The notes beneath the pieces are model-generated. The model did no database searches. It was not told where the DNA came from and saw only the letters and a list, made by a program, of their open reading frames with translations. Of a stretch of 64,000 bases of DNA, positions 30,628 through 40,836 are shown one piece after another. This DNA is from Methanomassiliicoccaceae archaeon (GTDB taxonomy: Archaea > Thermoplasmatota > Thermoplasmata > Methanomassiliicoccales > UBA472), in assembly GCA_963768775.1 (NCBI GenBank), contig CAVYIY010000005.1:159028-223027 (forward strand), read 5' to 3'. The position numbers were made by a program, and so were the translations under genes. Within the stretch, counting starts at the first letter, position 1, and every line of letters starts with the position of its first letter.

Positions 30628-30637
30628 ATATATATAA
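30628..30637 (-). promoter_or_regulatory. Candidate TATA box (TTATATATAT on the minus strand) for the 16S rRNA transcript
   Basis: An AT-rich box lies about 260 nt upstream of the mature 16S 5' end. A 9-nt complementarity (TTGGCAGGA) between the 5' and 3' flanks (about 30421-30429 and 28846-28854) fits a processing stem. Confidence 0.3.
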
Positions 30638-31086
30638 CCGTTTCGAGGTGCTAGCTTAGGTCCCACGCGTTTCCGCGCGGCACCTATTATCTCTCTAATC
30701 CTTCGTGGTATAAGAGGGTTTGCATGAACGAGCCAGAGGAACGGGGCCTCGGGGCATTGGTTTGCGTTGCGAAGGACAGATGCGGTCAATGGATTTCACG
30801 CCGATTTCCGTCAAATCCGAACAGCGATTCTGTTCCGGAAAACGATTCTAAGATTTGATGCATCCTGCGAGTCTTTTCTTCCTACATTCATTTCTCCTTA
30901 TCACACGCTGTTGGCGAGTCATGGCCAAGATCATGATGCGCGATTGGGCATTCGATCTCTTTCATCGAAGCGATTCGATTAGCTCGTCATGTCGATTGAC
31001 ATTGATCTGGGCGACGTGCGCGGTGCGAATGGAAGGTATTGTCCCGAGAAAAGCTTTAAGTGAGATATCTGCTTTCTCAGGCCGAA

Positions 31087-31191
31087 GCGGAGGTGGCCCA
31101 GCCAGGCAAGGCGTTGGATTGCTATCTCGCCCTAGCGGGGCAAACATCCAATGTCCGTGAGGACTCGGGGGTTCAAATCCCCCCCTTCGCG
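31087..31191 (+). tRNA. tRNA-Ser (anticodon GCU) with a 21-nt intron at the canonical 37/38 position
   Basis: The acceptor is GCGGAGG/CCTTCGC. The anticodon stem is TTGGA/TCCAA and the loop is TT-GCT-A. The intron spans 31125-31145. There is a 15-nt variable arm (class II) and the T arm is GGGGG-TTCAAAT-CCCCC. Confidence 0.85.
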
Positions 31192-31195
31192 CTCC
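31184..31195 (+). repeat. Left copy of the 12-bp direct repeat CCTTCGCGCTCC (tRNA-Ser 3' end; putative attL)
   Basis: Exact copy at 33048-33059. Confidence 0.5.
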
Positions 31196-31550
31196 TATTT
31201 CCTATGGAAGCTGGCTCTTTTGGGGTTTTTGGGTGGAAAAGGGCCATTTTTTACGATTGTTCGTCTGTACCAGATAGGGATTTTCTCTGCGATTTCGAAA
31301 TTCGAAGGGAAAGGGTTTGCCGAGGTGGAGGGAGAGCGGAGACGATTAGATAATTGATGCAAATGTTGTTTGAGGCAGAGTGTCAATTAAGAAGAAATAA
31401 TGAGCCCCGCTAGACCTCCCCTATTTAGGCTGCATCTTCGGCGCCCGCTCCAGCAATATCCATCAATTGAGCGATATTACCATCTTCATATAGGGAATAG
31501 TTTCTTAAATCTGCATATCAATCCATTAGTGTTAAGAGAGAGGTGGAGTT

Positions 31551-31982
31551 ATGGTCAAATTAGCTGAATATTCTCATGACTTCAAAGTTAAAAGGAAGGA
31601 AGAAGTATTCGATGGAATCATTCGCTGGCTGAGTACAGAGGGAGCAGAAATCGAGAACTCAAACAAGCCATTACAAATCACTGCGATGCATGGCTCCAGA
31701 AAGACCGTCTCTGTATGGAAGAGGAATGCCAGGAAGAAGCTTGATTTCAGTCTCACCGACACAGCAGAGGGAACTCATGTGCAGGTCGAGGCGCATACTG
31801 GTTCGATGATGTATCTCGATGACGTTGCAACCTGGAAGAAGCAGATATATGTCAACTATGGTTTGCTGTTGGAAGAGATATGGGCAAGTGTGGATGGCGT
31901 TCCGTTTACATATCCTGGGGAAGAAACGACAACTCAACCACCTGAAACGGAGAAGAAATCGAAATGGAAGCTCTTCAAATAA
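31551..31982 (+). CDS. Hypothetical protein (143 aa)
   Basis: Intact ORF with a GGTGGAG 5 nt upstream, in the low-GC insert. No homology is recognised. Confidence 0.45.
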   Translation: MVKLAEYSHDFKVKRKEEVFDGIIRWLSTEGAEIENSNKPLQITAMHGSRKTVSVWKRNARKKLDFSLTDTAEGTHVQVEAHTGSMMYLDDVATWKKQIYVNYGLLLEEIWASVDGVPFTYPGEETTTQPPETEKKSKWKLFK

Positions 31983-32000
31983 ACAACCAGGTGTAATTTA

Positions 32001-32255
32001 ATGGACAGAGAAGAACTGCTTAGGGCCAAAGCCGAGATGTCAAAGAGAGACCGAACGATTGGCAGAGCGAGCATGAGACTGGGAGCGATTATTGCGGTGG
32101 TATCTTTCGCTCTGGTTGTCCTCATTGTCTCGATTAATGGTCCGCTCACAGACAACATTGGCTCAATAATTGCCTATGTCTTGGCATTTGGTGTGGGACT
32201 TGGAGTTCTTATGTTGCTATATGGTCTACTGCAATATCGGTCCAGCAAAGAATGA
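32001..32255 (+). CDS. Hypothetical small membrane protein (84 aa)
   Basis: Two predicted TM helices. It follows the previous ORF by 18 nt. Confidence 0.4.
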   Translation: MDREELLRAKAEMSKRDRTIGRASMRLGAIIAVVSFALVVLIVSINGPLTDNIGSIIAYVLAFGVGLGVLMLLYGLLQYRSSKE

Positions 32256-32317
32256 ACGCATGACCCATTTCTGCCTACACATGGTCTTACTATCGAAGGT
32301 CAGAAGTGTTAGTCATT

Positions 32318-32491
32318 CTATTCAGATTCGATTGTCACCTTGATTTTCAACGGGGTCTTCCCGGCAAATGCTGCCTTTTGAACGTACAGCGTACCAATGA
32401 CTGGGGTCGATGTCGGGTCTTTCACATCTTCCATGAATCTGAACGTGTTCTTAGTGGCCTTTTCAAAAGTCATAGTCAATTCTGTTTTCAT
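32318..32491 (-). CDS. Hypothetical small protein (57 aa)
   Basis: Hand translation gives MKTELTMTFEKATKNTFRFMEDVKDPTSTPVIGTLYVQKAAFAGKTPLKIKVTIESE. A GGAGG lies 8 nt upstream of the ATG. It is preferred over the antisense track ORF 32306..32542. Confidence 0.45.
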   Translation of the reverse strand: MKTELTMTFEKATKNTFRFMEDVKDPTSTPVIGTLYVQKAAFAGKTPLKIKVTIESE

Positions 32492-33047
32492 GCGAATGCC
32501 TCCGAGATAGTATGTGACCCTCCATTCTTACTATTTTCCTAATTGCGAGGTGGTGGAGCCTAGAGAACCCATCCGAGCCATCCGAGCCGTCCAGAACTCG
32601 CTTACTTTCTTAAACATCATGAGACATCGAGGTTCAAATTACACCCCCCGCACCTTAATCAGAGGCAGTATTTGTTTCTCAAAAATGTCACCGCCAAGCG
32701 TTAGCATGATTCAACTTTTTATTAATCCTTGTCCTGCCCCCCCAGTGTTCTGGCTCGGGGGATCTATTTGAGGTGGGTACGCTTTTTAGAATAGTCTCAT
32801 TAGTTTTAACTCCCTGGTATCACCATCCTTCACGGATAACTATGAGCACAATGAAAAAGAAAAAAAAGGGAGCAGATGATCCGCCCGTGAACAACAATCG
32901 GTCAGATCATAAGAGTTCGAGAACCCCATCCAACATTACAGGCGCGGACAACAAATCAAACCAGAAAAAAGGATCGAAGGGCAAGAATTAATAAACCATT
33001 GAAAGAAACTGGAAGGCTTAATGGCCCAGCGAAATGAGACGGACTCT

Positions 33048-33059
33048 CCTTCGCGCTCC
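33048..33059 (+). repeat. Right copy of the 12-bp direct repeat CCTTCGCGCTCC (putative attR)
   Basis: Identical to 31184-31195. It is preceded by GGACTC, which also precedes the T arm in the tRNA. Confidence 0.5.
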
Positions 33060-33384
33060 CCTTTTTAGCCATATTCCAATTCAAGCACTTCAATTGGCGG
33101 GGAATAGAGTTCTTGCACCCAAGCGGCTTGGAGCAAGTCCAAGGCGCTCCTTCTTGATTCGTCTATAGTGGATTCCATGGTTGGTCGTTGCAATGACCGA
33201 TGCTCAATACTTCCGCGAGGATGGAAGAGCTGGATTCCTTTCTAGCATGAGTTCTCGCTTTCCAGCCAAGCTCCATGGAAATAGCGGTGGACGAAAAATT
33301 GATTAACAATGGGCACAGGGTAAGCTTCGGGCGGCTCGAAGGAAGAGCCGCACTCAATCGAAAGAGGTGAGAAGAGCGTACGTC

Positions 33385-33663
33385 ATGCAGAAAAGCAAGC
33401 ATACCCCCGAGAGTTGCCCAACGGTGAATGCGACCAACAAGAAAGTGATGGTGGCCCAATTGAAGAAAATGGATTCCCTACTGGCCAAGCACGGGATCAA
33501 GCTGGTCGGAAGCTGGGCCGAATCTCCCATGCACTTGCTCTACAACTTCTACGAGACGCCTAATATGGAAGCCATCTTCAAGTTCAGTATGGAGCCGGAA
33601 ATGGTGGCCTGGCTTGGATTCAACACGGTGGAAACCAAGGAAGTCAAGTCGGCAGGACGTTAA
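33385..33663 (+). CDS. Hypothetical small conserved protein
   Basis: The ATG is at 33385 (MQKSKHTPESCP...). No confident family assignment. Confidence 0.4.
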   Translation: MQKSKHTPESCPTVNATNKKVMVAQLKKMDSLLAKHGIKLVGSWAESPMHLLYNFYETPNMEAIFKFSMEPEMVAWLGFNTVETKEVKSAGR

Positions 33664-33907
33664 GGCATTGCTCAAAATGAAGCGAATGGCCTGAGCCATT
33701 TCCTTTCCCCCTTTCTTTTTACCGTCTCCTCTGATTGAATCCCTTTTCGAGACCCCTGACTTGAGGAGGCGAGTCTACCTTCACACCTCATTAAATGACC
33801 AGTTGTTCTTTGTCAAATAATCAGAATGCGCGGAAGACACGGCGAAGGTGATGGCGCGCACGGCTCGATTCGAAGGTTTAAGTATCCCTTGCACTCACAC
33901 AACTTTC

Positions 33908-34336
33908 ATGAAGGCCATCGACCCCTATCTCAACTTCAACAACGAGACCGAAGAGGCTTTTCTATTTTACAAATCCGTTTTTGGAGGTGAATTCTCCTCG
34001 GTGCAACGGTTCAAGGATATGCCTGGTGCAGAAAAAATATTGCCCCATGAGATCAACAAGATATTGCACATTGCGCTGCCATTGGGGAAAGGCGGCGTCC
34101 TCATGGGGAGCGATGCTTTGGAATCAATGGGGCGCAAGGTTGTCTACGGCAACAACGTACACCTCATGATCGATATGGAGAGCGAAGCGGAGGCGGAGAA
34201 GCTCTTCAAGGGCCTTTCTGCGGGAGGAAAAGTGCAGATGCCATTGGAGAAGACGTTCTGGGGGGCGCTGTATGCTTCCTTCACGGACAAGTTCGGCGTC
34301 CAGTGGATGATCAACTACACGGAGGCGAGCAAATAA
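33908..34336 (+). CDS. VOC / glyoxalase-fold protein, PhnB-like
   Basis: The sequence MKAIDPYLNFNNETEEAFLFYKSVFGGEF...ILHIALPLGKGGVLMGSD...FWGALYASFTDKFGVQWMINY follows the PhnB-like pattern. Confidence 0.7.
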   Translation: MKAIDPYLNFNNETEEAFLFYKSVFGGEFSSVQRFKDMPGAEKILPHEINKILHIALPLGKGGVLMGSDALESMGRKVVYGNNVHLMIDMESEAEAEKLFKGLSAGGKVQMPLEKTFWGALYASFTDKFGVQWMINYTEASK

Positions 34337-34503
34337 CATTGGCAAGATCCCCAGAATGGCAAGACATCCACCCGTTAAGGTCGGCGCTGGAAGCGTGATG
34401 GCCGCTCAGCCGGATGGCTTGAATAGCTTAAAAAGTGGCAAGACGCTAGATATTTAACCAGATGGGACAGTTAGTTCATTTCGATGGTTCAAGGTGAGCA
34501 AGA

Positions 34504-35166
34504 ATGAATCCTCTCAACGTCAAGAAAATCAACAGTGCTCTTGATTCTCTCATCGGTTCCAGGCAATCGGTCAGCAAGTTCAATCGAGAGACGCCGCCAA
34601 AGCATCTGGTGAAGCAGATCATTCAAGCCGGCCTGCAGTCGCCTTTCGCCGGACTGAGCCAATCGAGAAAGGACTTCCGCAGATTCATCGTGATCCCCAG
34701 GGAAAGCGAGGCAACGCAAGTTGCCGCGACGCTGATCCAGCGAAGAAGCGTGGCAATGCTCGAAATGCTAGAGAGGCAGCGGGAGCAGATCGAGTTCCAG
34801 CGGGAGCTGGGCCGGAGTAGTCAAGGCGAACTGGTGATACTGAGGCAAGACGCTGCATCCAACATCGGGATCGCTCCCTACTTCATCGTCGTGGCGGAGG
34901 AACGAGGCATACTCGCAGAGGAGCAGCTTTCCCTTGCACATTGCCTGGAGAACATGTGGCTGAAAACCGCTGCCCTCGGCCTGAACTTCCAATTGCTCTC
35001 GATCACGGCGCAAATGGCGGAAGACAGAATGTTTTGCGAGCTGATCGACATCCCCTTCGGAAGATATGCTTTGGACGGATGCTTGATCGGGTATTCCAGC
35101 GAGCCAATGGCATCACCGCCCCCGCCATCTGAAGCAGAAGTGGACAGCGTCACGAAATGGCTTTAG
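34504..35166 (+). CDS. Nitroreductase-family protein
   Basis: 220 aa. The N-terminal RQSVSKFNRETPPKHLVKQIIQAGLQSPFAG is typical of the family. Confidence 0.6.
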   Translation: MNPLNVKKINSALDSLIGSRQSVSKFNRETPPKHLVKQIIQAGLQSPFAGLSQSRKDFRRFIVIPRESEATQVAATLIQRRSVAMLEMLERQREQIEFQRELGRSSQGELVILRQDAASNIGIAPYFIVVAEERGILAEEQLSLAHCLENMWLKTAALGLNFQLLSITAQMAEDRMFCELIDIPFGRYALDGCLIGYSSEPMASPPPPSEAEVDSVTKWL

Positions 35167-35243
35167 CGCGAAGAAGTCAGCTATGATTGTGATTCGGATA
35201 CGGTTTTATATTGCAAAATGTTCATAGGCCAATTGGTGCCAGG

Positions 35244-36839
35244 ATGCCTTTCACTCACGAGAACACATGGAGCAGCTTCATAGGACGTGGCGGAGAAAGC
35301 GCGTTCCATTCGGATTTTGAGAGGTCGATCGACAGACTCTTGGTCAGGCTAGCTGAAGGAGAAGAGGCGCACACCAATTTCATAGGTGGCGAGGCAAGGT
35401 CGACGGAATCCCATTTCAGCTTAACAAGTCCGATAGATGCAACGATCATTCTAGGCAAGTACCCGAAGGGAACTCCGAGGGATGTGACTGATGCACTGGC
35501 ATCGGCGCAAGGTGCGTTCGAGCTCTGGAGAAGGACTGACTTGTCTGAGCGCCTCAGGATATTCCGAAGGGCAGCGGACATCATACGGAAGGACAAGTTC
35601 GACATCGCCGCCCTTCTCACTATCAACAACGGCAAGAACCGCAGGGAAGCTATGGGCGAGGTCGACATGGGAATCGACTACATGGGATACTATGCCAGTG
35701 AAATGGAGCGGAACAACGGTTACGCAAGGGAGACCACGATCCCTAGCCCAGGAGAAGGGGCGAAGAACGTTCTCCTTCCTTACGGGGCGTGGGCCGTGGT
35801 GTGCCCATTCAATTTCCCCTTCGGCATTGCGCTTGGCATGACCACGGGCGTCCTCATCACCGGCAACACCGCTGTTGTTAAGCCAGCATCGCCAGCGCCC
35901 GCCCTGGTTTATACGCTGTACGATGTCCTGGCGAGGGCGGGCCTTCCGCCCGGGGTCCTCAATCTGGTGAGCGGGTCAGGGGCAGAAGTCGGAGAGGCCC
36001 TGGTGACCCATCCGAAGGTAGGTGGGATCATTTTCACCGGCTCGCTCGAAGTCGGTCAGGGCATCCTCAGGCGTTGCTCTGAGCGGTTGCACCCTATCCC
36101 GCTGATTTTCGAGCTCGGCGGTAAGAATGCCGCAATCGTGAGCGACAAAGCGGACCTCGCCGCGGCTGTGAAGGGAGTCGTCTCCTCCGCCTTCGGGTAT
36201 AGCGGCCAGAAGTGCGTCGCATGTTCGAGGGTGTACGTCCAAAAGACAGTCCGGGATGAGTTCCTGGGGATGCTGGTGAACGCTACCGAGGCGTTCACGG
36301 TGGCCGATCCGAGGAAAAGGGAGAGCCGAACCGGCCCGGTCATTCATTCCAAAGCGGCTCAGGACTACGAGGAGGCAGTCTCGAGGGCGAAGCGCGACGG
36401 TCGAATACTCGCAGGCGGTGCGAGGCTGATGCAAGATGGCATGGACCGAGGCAACTACGTGGCTCCCACGGTCGTCACTGGCCTGCCAGAATCGCATCCT
36501 ATGGTGAAGAACGAGCTATTCCTACCGATCCTCTGCGTTCAGGAGTATACCGACCTGAAACAGGCGGTGGAGAACGCGAATGATGTGGCATACGGCCTCA
36601 CTGCAGGCATCTGCAGCGAAGATCCGCAGGAGACCGACTATTTCCTGGATAAAATCCAATGCGGGACCGTTTTCGTTAACGGTGTTAGGGGAGCAACCAA
36701 TGGCGCTATCACCGGCATTCATGCCTTTGGCGGGTGGAAGGCGAGCGGGTCGACCGGCAAGGGATCGGGTGACATCTATTATCTGCTTCAGTTCCTTAGG
36801 CAGCAGAGCAGAGCCTTTCCCTTGAAGAAGACTGGCTAA
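35244..36839 (+). CDS. NAD(P)-dependent aldehyde dehydrogenase (1-pyrroline-5-carboxylate / glutamate-semialdehyde dehydrogenase-like)
   Basis: ALDH motifs are FTGSLEVGQ, ELGGKNAAIV and the catalytic Cys context GYSGQKCVACSRVYV. Confidence 0.8.
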   Translation: MPFTHENTWSSFIGRGGESAFHSDFERSIDRLLVRLAEGEEAHTNFIGGEARSTESHFSLTSPIDATIILGKYPKGTPRDVTDALASAQGAFELWRRTDLSERLRIFRRAADIIRKDKFDIAALLTINNGKNRREAMGEVDMGIDYMGYYASEMERNNGYARETTIPSPGEGAKNVLLPYGAWAVVCPFNFPFGIALGMTTGVLITGNTAVVKPASPAPALVYTLYDVLARAGLPPGVLNLVSGSGAEVGEALVTHPKVGGIIFTGSLEVGQGILRRCSERLHPIPLIFELGGKNAAIVSDKADLAAAVKGVVSSAFGYSGQKCVACSRVYVQKTVRDEFLGMLVNATEAFTVADPRKRESRTGPVIHSKAAQDYEEAVSRAKRDGRILAGGARLMQDGMDRGNYVAPTVVTGLPESHPMVKNELFLPILCVQEYTDLKQAVENANDVAYGLTAGICSEDPQETDYFLDKIQCGTVFVNGVRGATNGAITGIHAFGGWKASGSTGKGSGDIYYLLQFLRQQSRAFPLKKTG

Positions 36840-37061
36840 ATCGGCAGAAACGCGCCTATTCCGCCGCGATCTCGGCCCTTAAGCGATCGAGACGTTTTTT
36901 CAGCCATGTTTACGTCTGGAACTGATGCCAACGCCGAGGACAGGGACTCATAACAGGCATCTGGATATCAAGCGGAGGGCGTTTCCCACCTTCGCGCAGA
37001 TTTTCAAGATAAAACCTCATCCTTTACTTCGTTAATTCGGTGAAAATAGGAGTTTTTCCAC

Positions 37062-38558
37062 GTGGTCCAAGCATTTAAGTACGCACCTTCCGGTTGGGGG
37101 TTCATGAACCAAACTACCACTGCACCAGCCCCTCCGGCGGCTGACAAGAAACTCGAGCCCAAACCGGATCCCAAGCCCGAGATATCCGCGATGATGGAGC
37201 GCGCTCGCAACGCCATGAAAGCCATCGAGCACTACGACCAAGCCCAGGCCGACATGCTAGTCATGGCAATCGGGTGGGCCGTCGTCAAGGAGAAAGAGTC
37301 CCTCGCCAAGCTCGCTGTCGACGAGGGTGGCTTCGGAACAGTCCCGGACAAGATCCAAAAGATCCGCCTGCGCATCACCGGAACAATCCAGGACATGCAG
37401 AGCATCAAGACGGTCGGCGTCGTTGAGGTAGACCCAACCAAGGCACTGGTCAAGATCGCGAAGCCGGTTGGTGTTGTGGCGGCAATCATCCCGTCCACCG
37501 GCCCGGACGCGACCCCGCCCATGAAGGCACTCTGCGCCTTGAAGGGAAAGAACGCCATAATCGTCGCCGCGCACCCCAAGACTCAGAAATCTTCCGAGCT
37601 AGCAGTCAACCTGATGCGCCAGGGCTGCAAGGCGATCGGAGTCCCGGAGGACCTAATCCAGATCATCATGAAGCCATCAATCCCCAAGACCCAGGAGCTC
37701 ATGCGCCAATGTGACCTCATCGTTGCTACCGGTGGTGTCGACATGGTCAGGTCCGCATACAGTTCGGGAACACCCGCCTACGGTGTCGGTGTTGGAAACA
37801 GCGTTCACGTGGTCGACGAAACCGCCGATCTAGATGACGCCGCGCTCATGATCTCCCGCGGAAAGACGTTCGACCTTGCGACCAGCTGCCTCGCCGACAA
37901 CTCCGTGGTCGCCCATGAAGCGATCTACGACTCACTCGTAGAGAAGATGGTGAAGAACGGAGCATACATATGCAGCGATGAAGAGAAGGCCCTCCTGCAG
38001 AAGGCCATGTGGCCAGTTCCAGCGCCAGTTCCGAGCCTTGCGGTCATCGCCAAATCCGCCGAGCACATCGCTGGGCTTGCGGGCATCAAGTTGCCGCCGG
38101 GCCGCACATACCTTGTGGTTAAGGAAACAGGCACCGGACCAGAACACCCGTTCTCCGGCGAGAAGCTATGCGTCGTCCTAACCCTATACAAGTATCGCGG
38201 AGCGATAAGCAACGCAGTGGACCTCACGAACAAGATCACCGGGTACCAGGGACTGGGTCATACCTGCGGAATCCACACTAAGAACGATAAGCACGTGGAT
38301 GCGTTGGCATTCGGAACGAAGACCGGTCGAGTGATGGTGAACCAGAACATGAACGAGGGTGCAGGCGGCCCGAGAAACGGCATGCCCTTCACTCTCTCGC
38401 TCTCGTGCGGTACCTGGGGACGCAACATCACCACTGAGAACGTCAACGCCAGGATGTTCGTGAACCTCACTTGGGTCTCGCGCCTGCTCCCAACCCCGAA
38501 GGCGATCCCGACCGATGAGGCGCTCTTCGCCGATTACTGGGCCAAGTACGGCAAGTAG
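37062..38558 (+). CDS. CoA-acylating aldehyde dehydrogenase (EutE/PduP/SucD-like)
   Basis: Peptides include PVGVVAAIIPSTGPDATPPMKAL, ATGGVDMVRSAYSSGTPAYGVGVGN and the Cys context DLATSCLADNSV. The start is uncertain (an alternative ATG is at 37104). Confidence 0.7.
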   Translation: MVQAFKYAPSGWGFMNQTTTAPAPPAADKKLEPKPDPKPEISAMMERARNAMKAIEHYDQAQADMLVMAIGWAVVKEKESLAKLAVDEGGFGTVPDKIQKIRLRITGTIQDMQSIKTVGVVEVDPTKALVKIAKPVGVVAAIIPSTGPDATPPMKALCALKGKNAIIVAAHPKTQKSSELAVNLMRQGCKAIGVPEDLIQIIMKPSIPKTQELMRQCDLIVATGGVDMVRSAYSSGTPAYGVGVGNSVHVVDETADLDDAALMISRGKTFDLATSCLADNSVVAHEAIYDSLVEKMVKNGAYICSDEEKALLQKAMWPVPAPVPSLAVIAKSAEHIAGLAGIKLPPGRTYLVVKETGTGPEHPFSGEKLCVVLTLYKYRGAISNAVDLTNKITGYQGLGHTCGIHTKNDKHVDALAFGTKTGRVMVNQNMNEGAGGPRNGMPFTLSLSCGTWGRNITTENVNARMFVNLTWVSRLLPTPKAIPTDEALFADYWAKYGK

Positions 38559-38810
38559 GGCGAACGGCAAGCTTGAGAATCGAGCAGTCAAACCCCTTAT
38601 CTTATCCCTTTCTTGTTTTTCTGGCATTCTTGGTGCGAGGCCATCCTATCTTAGAACGCAACTCTCGCACCCCGGCTGTCGCATCGGAAAGGTAAGTGCT
38701 AGGTGAGCTGCGGTTTCCGCCAGAGGCCGATTCAACCAACAGCTTTTCGAGTGATTGTTGAAGCTCGAAGAAGGAAATATTAAGAAGACGAAGCTGGAAT
38801 AAAACAAACC

Positions 38811-39788
38811 ATGGCAGGCAAGGAGCGAAGCAAGGAAGTAGGAATGATCCTCATCACGCGCGTCTTCAATGCTCCGCGCGAGCGCCTCTGGAGAGCCTGG
38901 ACGGAACCTGAACTGATTATGAAATGGTGGGGGCCGAGAAGCTTCACCTCACCGGTCGTCAAGATGGATCTGAGGGCCGGCGGTAAATATCTAAACTGCA
39001 TGCGCTCCCCCGACGGCAAGGATTACTGGTCTGCCGGGACTTACAAGGAGATCATCAAAGCAGAGCGGCTGATCCTCAGCGATTCCTTCTCGGACTCCGA
39101 AGGCAAGATCGTGCCTGCCTCGTACTATGGGATGAGCGGCGATTGGCTATTGGAGCTGCAGGTGACAGTGACGTTCGAGGAGGATGCGGGCAGGACCCGT
39201 CTCACTCTGCGACATGAGGGCATGCCCGAGGGCCAGATGAGTGAATTGACCAAGGCAGGCTGGAATGAGTCCTTCGACAAGCTGGCCGAGTACTTGGAGA
39301 AAGGAAGTGTCAGTATGCCGAAGACGACGTTCATCGCTGAACCAGGGAAGCAGGAGATAATCGTCATCCGGGTCTTCGATGCGTCCCGGGAGCGCGTGTT
39401 CAAGCTGGTCACGGACCCCAAACTCCTGCCTCAATGGTGGGGGTCGAGGCGCTTGACCACCGTGGTGGACAAGATGGACGTGAGGCTGGGCGGTCCCTGG
39501 CGCTTCGTCCAGAAGGACAGCAGCGGCAAGCAATACGCCTTCCATGGCGTATACCACGAGGTCGCACCGCCTGAGCGACTGGTATATACCTTCGAATTCG
39601 AAGGAATGCCCGGTCATGTGCAGCTGGAAACGGTGACATTCGAGGATATCAACGGCGTAACGAAGGTGACGGACAGGTCCATCTTCCAGAGGGTGGAAGA
39701 CCGAGATGGGATGGCAATGGCAGATATGCAGGCGGGATCGAGCGAATCAATGGACAGATTCGCCGAGCTGCTGGCGAAACAGATCTGA
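38811..39788 (+). CDS. Tandem SRPBCC (AHSA1/START-like) domain protein
   Basis: Two repeats occur, each with a ...RVF(N/D)A(P/S)RERL/VW/F...P.......WWGP/S... pattern. Confidence 0.7.
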   Translation: MAGKERSKEVGMILITRVFNAPRERLWRAWTEPELIMKWWGPRSFTSPVVKMDLRAGGKYLNCMRSPDGKDYWSAGTYKEIIKAERLILSDSFSDSEGKIVPASYYGMSGDWLLELQVTVTFEEDAGRTRLTLRHEGMPEGQMSELTKAGWNESFDKLAEYLEKGSVSMPKTTFIAEPGKQEIIVIRVFDASRERVFKLVTDPKLLPQWWGSRRLTTVVDKMDVRLGGPWRFVQKDSSGKQYAFHGVYHEVAPPERLVYTFEFEGMPGHVQLETVTFEDINGVTKVTDRSIFQRVEDRDGMAMADMQAGSSESMDRFAELLAKQI

Positions 39789-39979
39789 GGATCTGGTCAC
39801 AATGCGCTTCCATCCCATGGTCATCTCCCAGAAGCCTGGCAATGAGATGCCCTGCGGCCCTGAGGAGCGAGAGCAAGGGCGGATCATCCGGATCAGAGGC
39901 AGAGAGACGATGGCAGTAACTAAAGTTGGCGGGATGAGAATCGAGGCACGCACATGCATCAAGGTTGGAGGTAAGTGAA

Positions 39980-40423
39980 ATGGACGCATCCCAGCCCATC
40001 CGAATCCTCTTGGTTGACGACAATCCCGCGGACGCAACGCTGGCGAAGGAATTGATAATGGAAACTGAGGTCCCGGCCGTGATATCGGTGGCGACGGACG
40101 GAGAGGGCGCGATCGACCTGATCGAGGAATTGCTAGAATCGCACACTGAGATGCCCGAACTGGTCCTGCTGGACCTGAACATGCCGAAGAGAGGCGGACA
40201 TGAGGTGTTGAGGCTGCTCAGAGGCATGCCCGATATAATGACGATGCTCATAGTGATCTACACTGGCTCGCGTTCACCCCTCGACCTGGAGACTGCAAGG
40301 ATCAGCGGGGCAAGTGGGTACATCGTCAAACCCATCGATGCAAAAGAGATCGACGAGACGATCGTGGCATTCAGAGAACTTCTTAACCTATTGGTCGAGA
40401 TGAGGTCCGACGACTTCTTCTGA
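39980..40423 (+). CDS. Stand-alone response regulator receiver protein (CheY-like)
   Basis: The ATG is at 39980. IRILLVDDNPAD, LVLLDLNMPKRGG and GYIVKP carry the acidic pocket, the phosphoacceptor Asp and the conserved Lys. Confidence 0.8.
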   Translation: MDASQPIRILLVDDNPADATLAKELIMETEVPAVISVATDGEGAIDLIEELLESHTEMPELVLLDLNMPKRGGHEVLRLLRGMPDIMTMLIVIYTGSRSPLDLETARISGASGYIVKPIDAKEIDETIVAFRELLNLLVEMRSDDFF

Positions 40424-40836
40424 CCTCGGGCTGCGCCAAATGCCTCAATGGTCGACGACCCTCGGTCGAATGACCGAACAGAGCTCCTTCTTCATTCGAT
40501 TCATTGCTCCGGCTCGGACGATCAGCATCGATAGCCAAGACTATCACGAGTTCTAATCCGTTTTCTTCTTGGTCTATCTCATGACATTCATAAGCATCAA
40601 CCTCAGCCTCCTGATCTGAGAATGAATCCGATGATACCGGCTTGATTCAGTTCGATTTCATTGCTGTATCTGTTCGATGCGAACGGGAGTGATTTTTGAT
40701 GCAAGGGAGGCCATCGGACGGGTCCAATGGATCCATTATGTCTGTTTCTAATCGCATCGTGGGCAGTCCTAATATGTTCCATTCCTGAAGCGTGCAAAGC
40801 TAGCAAGCATAAATATCGGAACGGGGTTGGCAAAGC

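Noticed and set aside
30640-31086. A roughly 450-nt non-coding gap between the 16S promoter region and tRNA-Ser was checked for 5S rRNA, SRP RNA or RNase P RNA.
   Set aside because: I saw none of the conserved motifs I know for these RNAs (for example the 5S loop sequences or the RNase P GGAAAGTCC). I cannot run covariance models, so this remains open rather than supported.
32571-32596. A short tandem duplication CATCCGAGC x2 and other local repeats were checked as a possible CRISPR array.
   Set aside because: There are only two adjacent copies with no spacers. No repeat-spacer periodicity is seen anywhere in the window.
32773-32991. A 72-aa ORF encoding a lysine/asparagine-rich low-complexity peptide.
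   Set aside because: It is low-complexity, has no convincing start context and no motif. It is mentioned only as doubtful.
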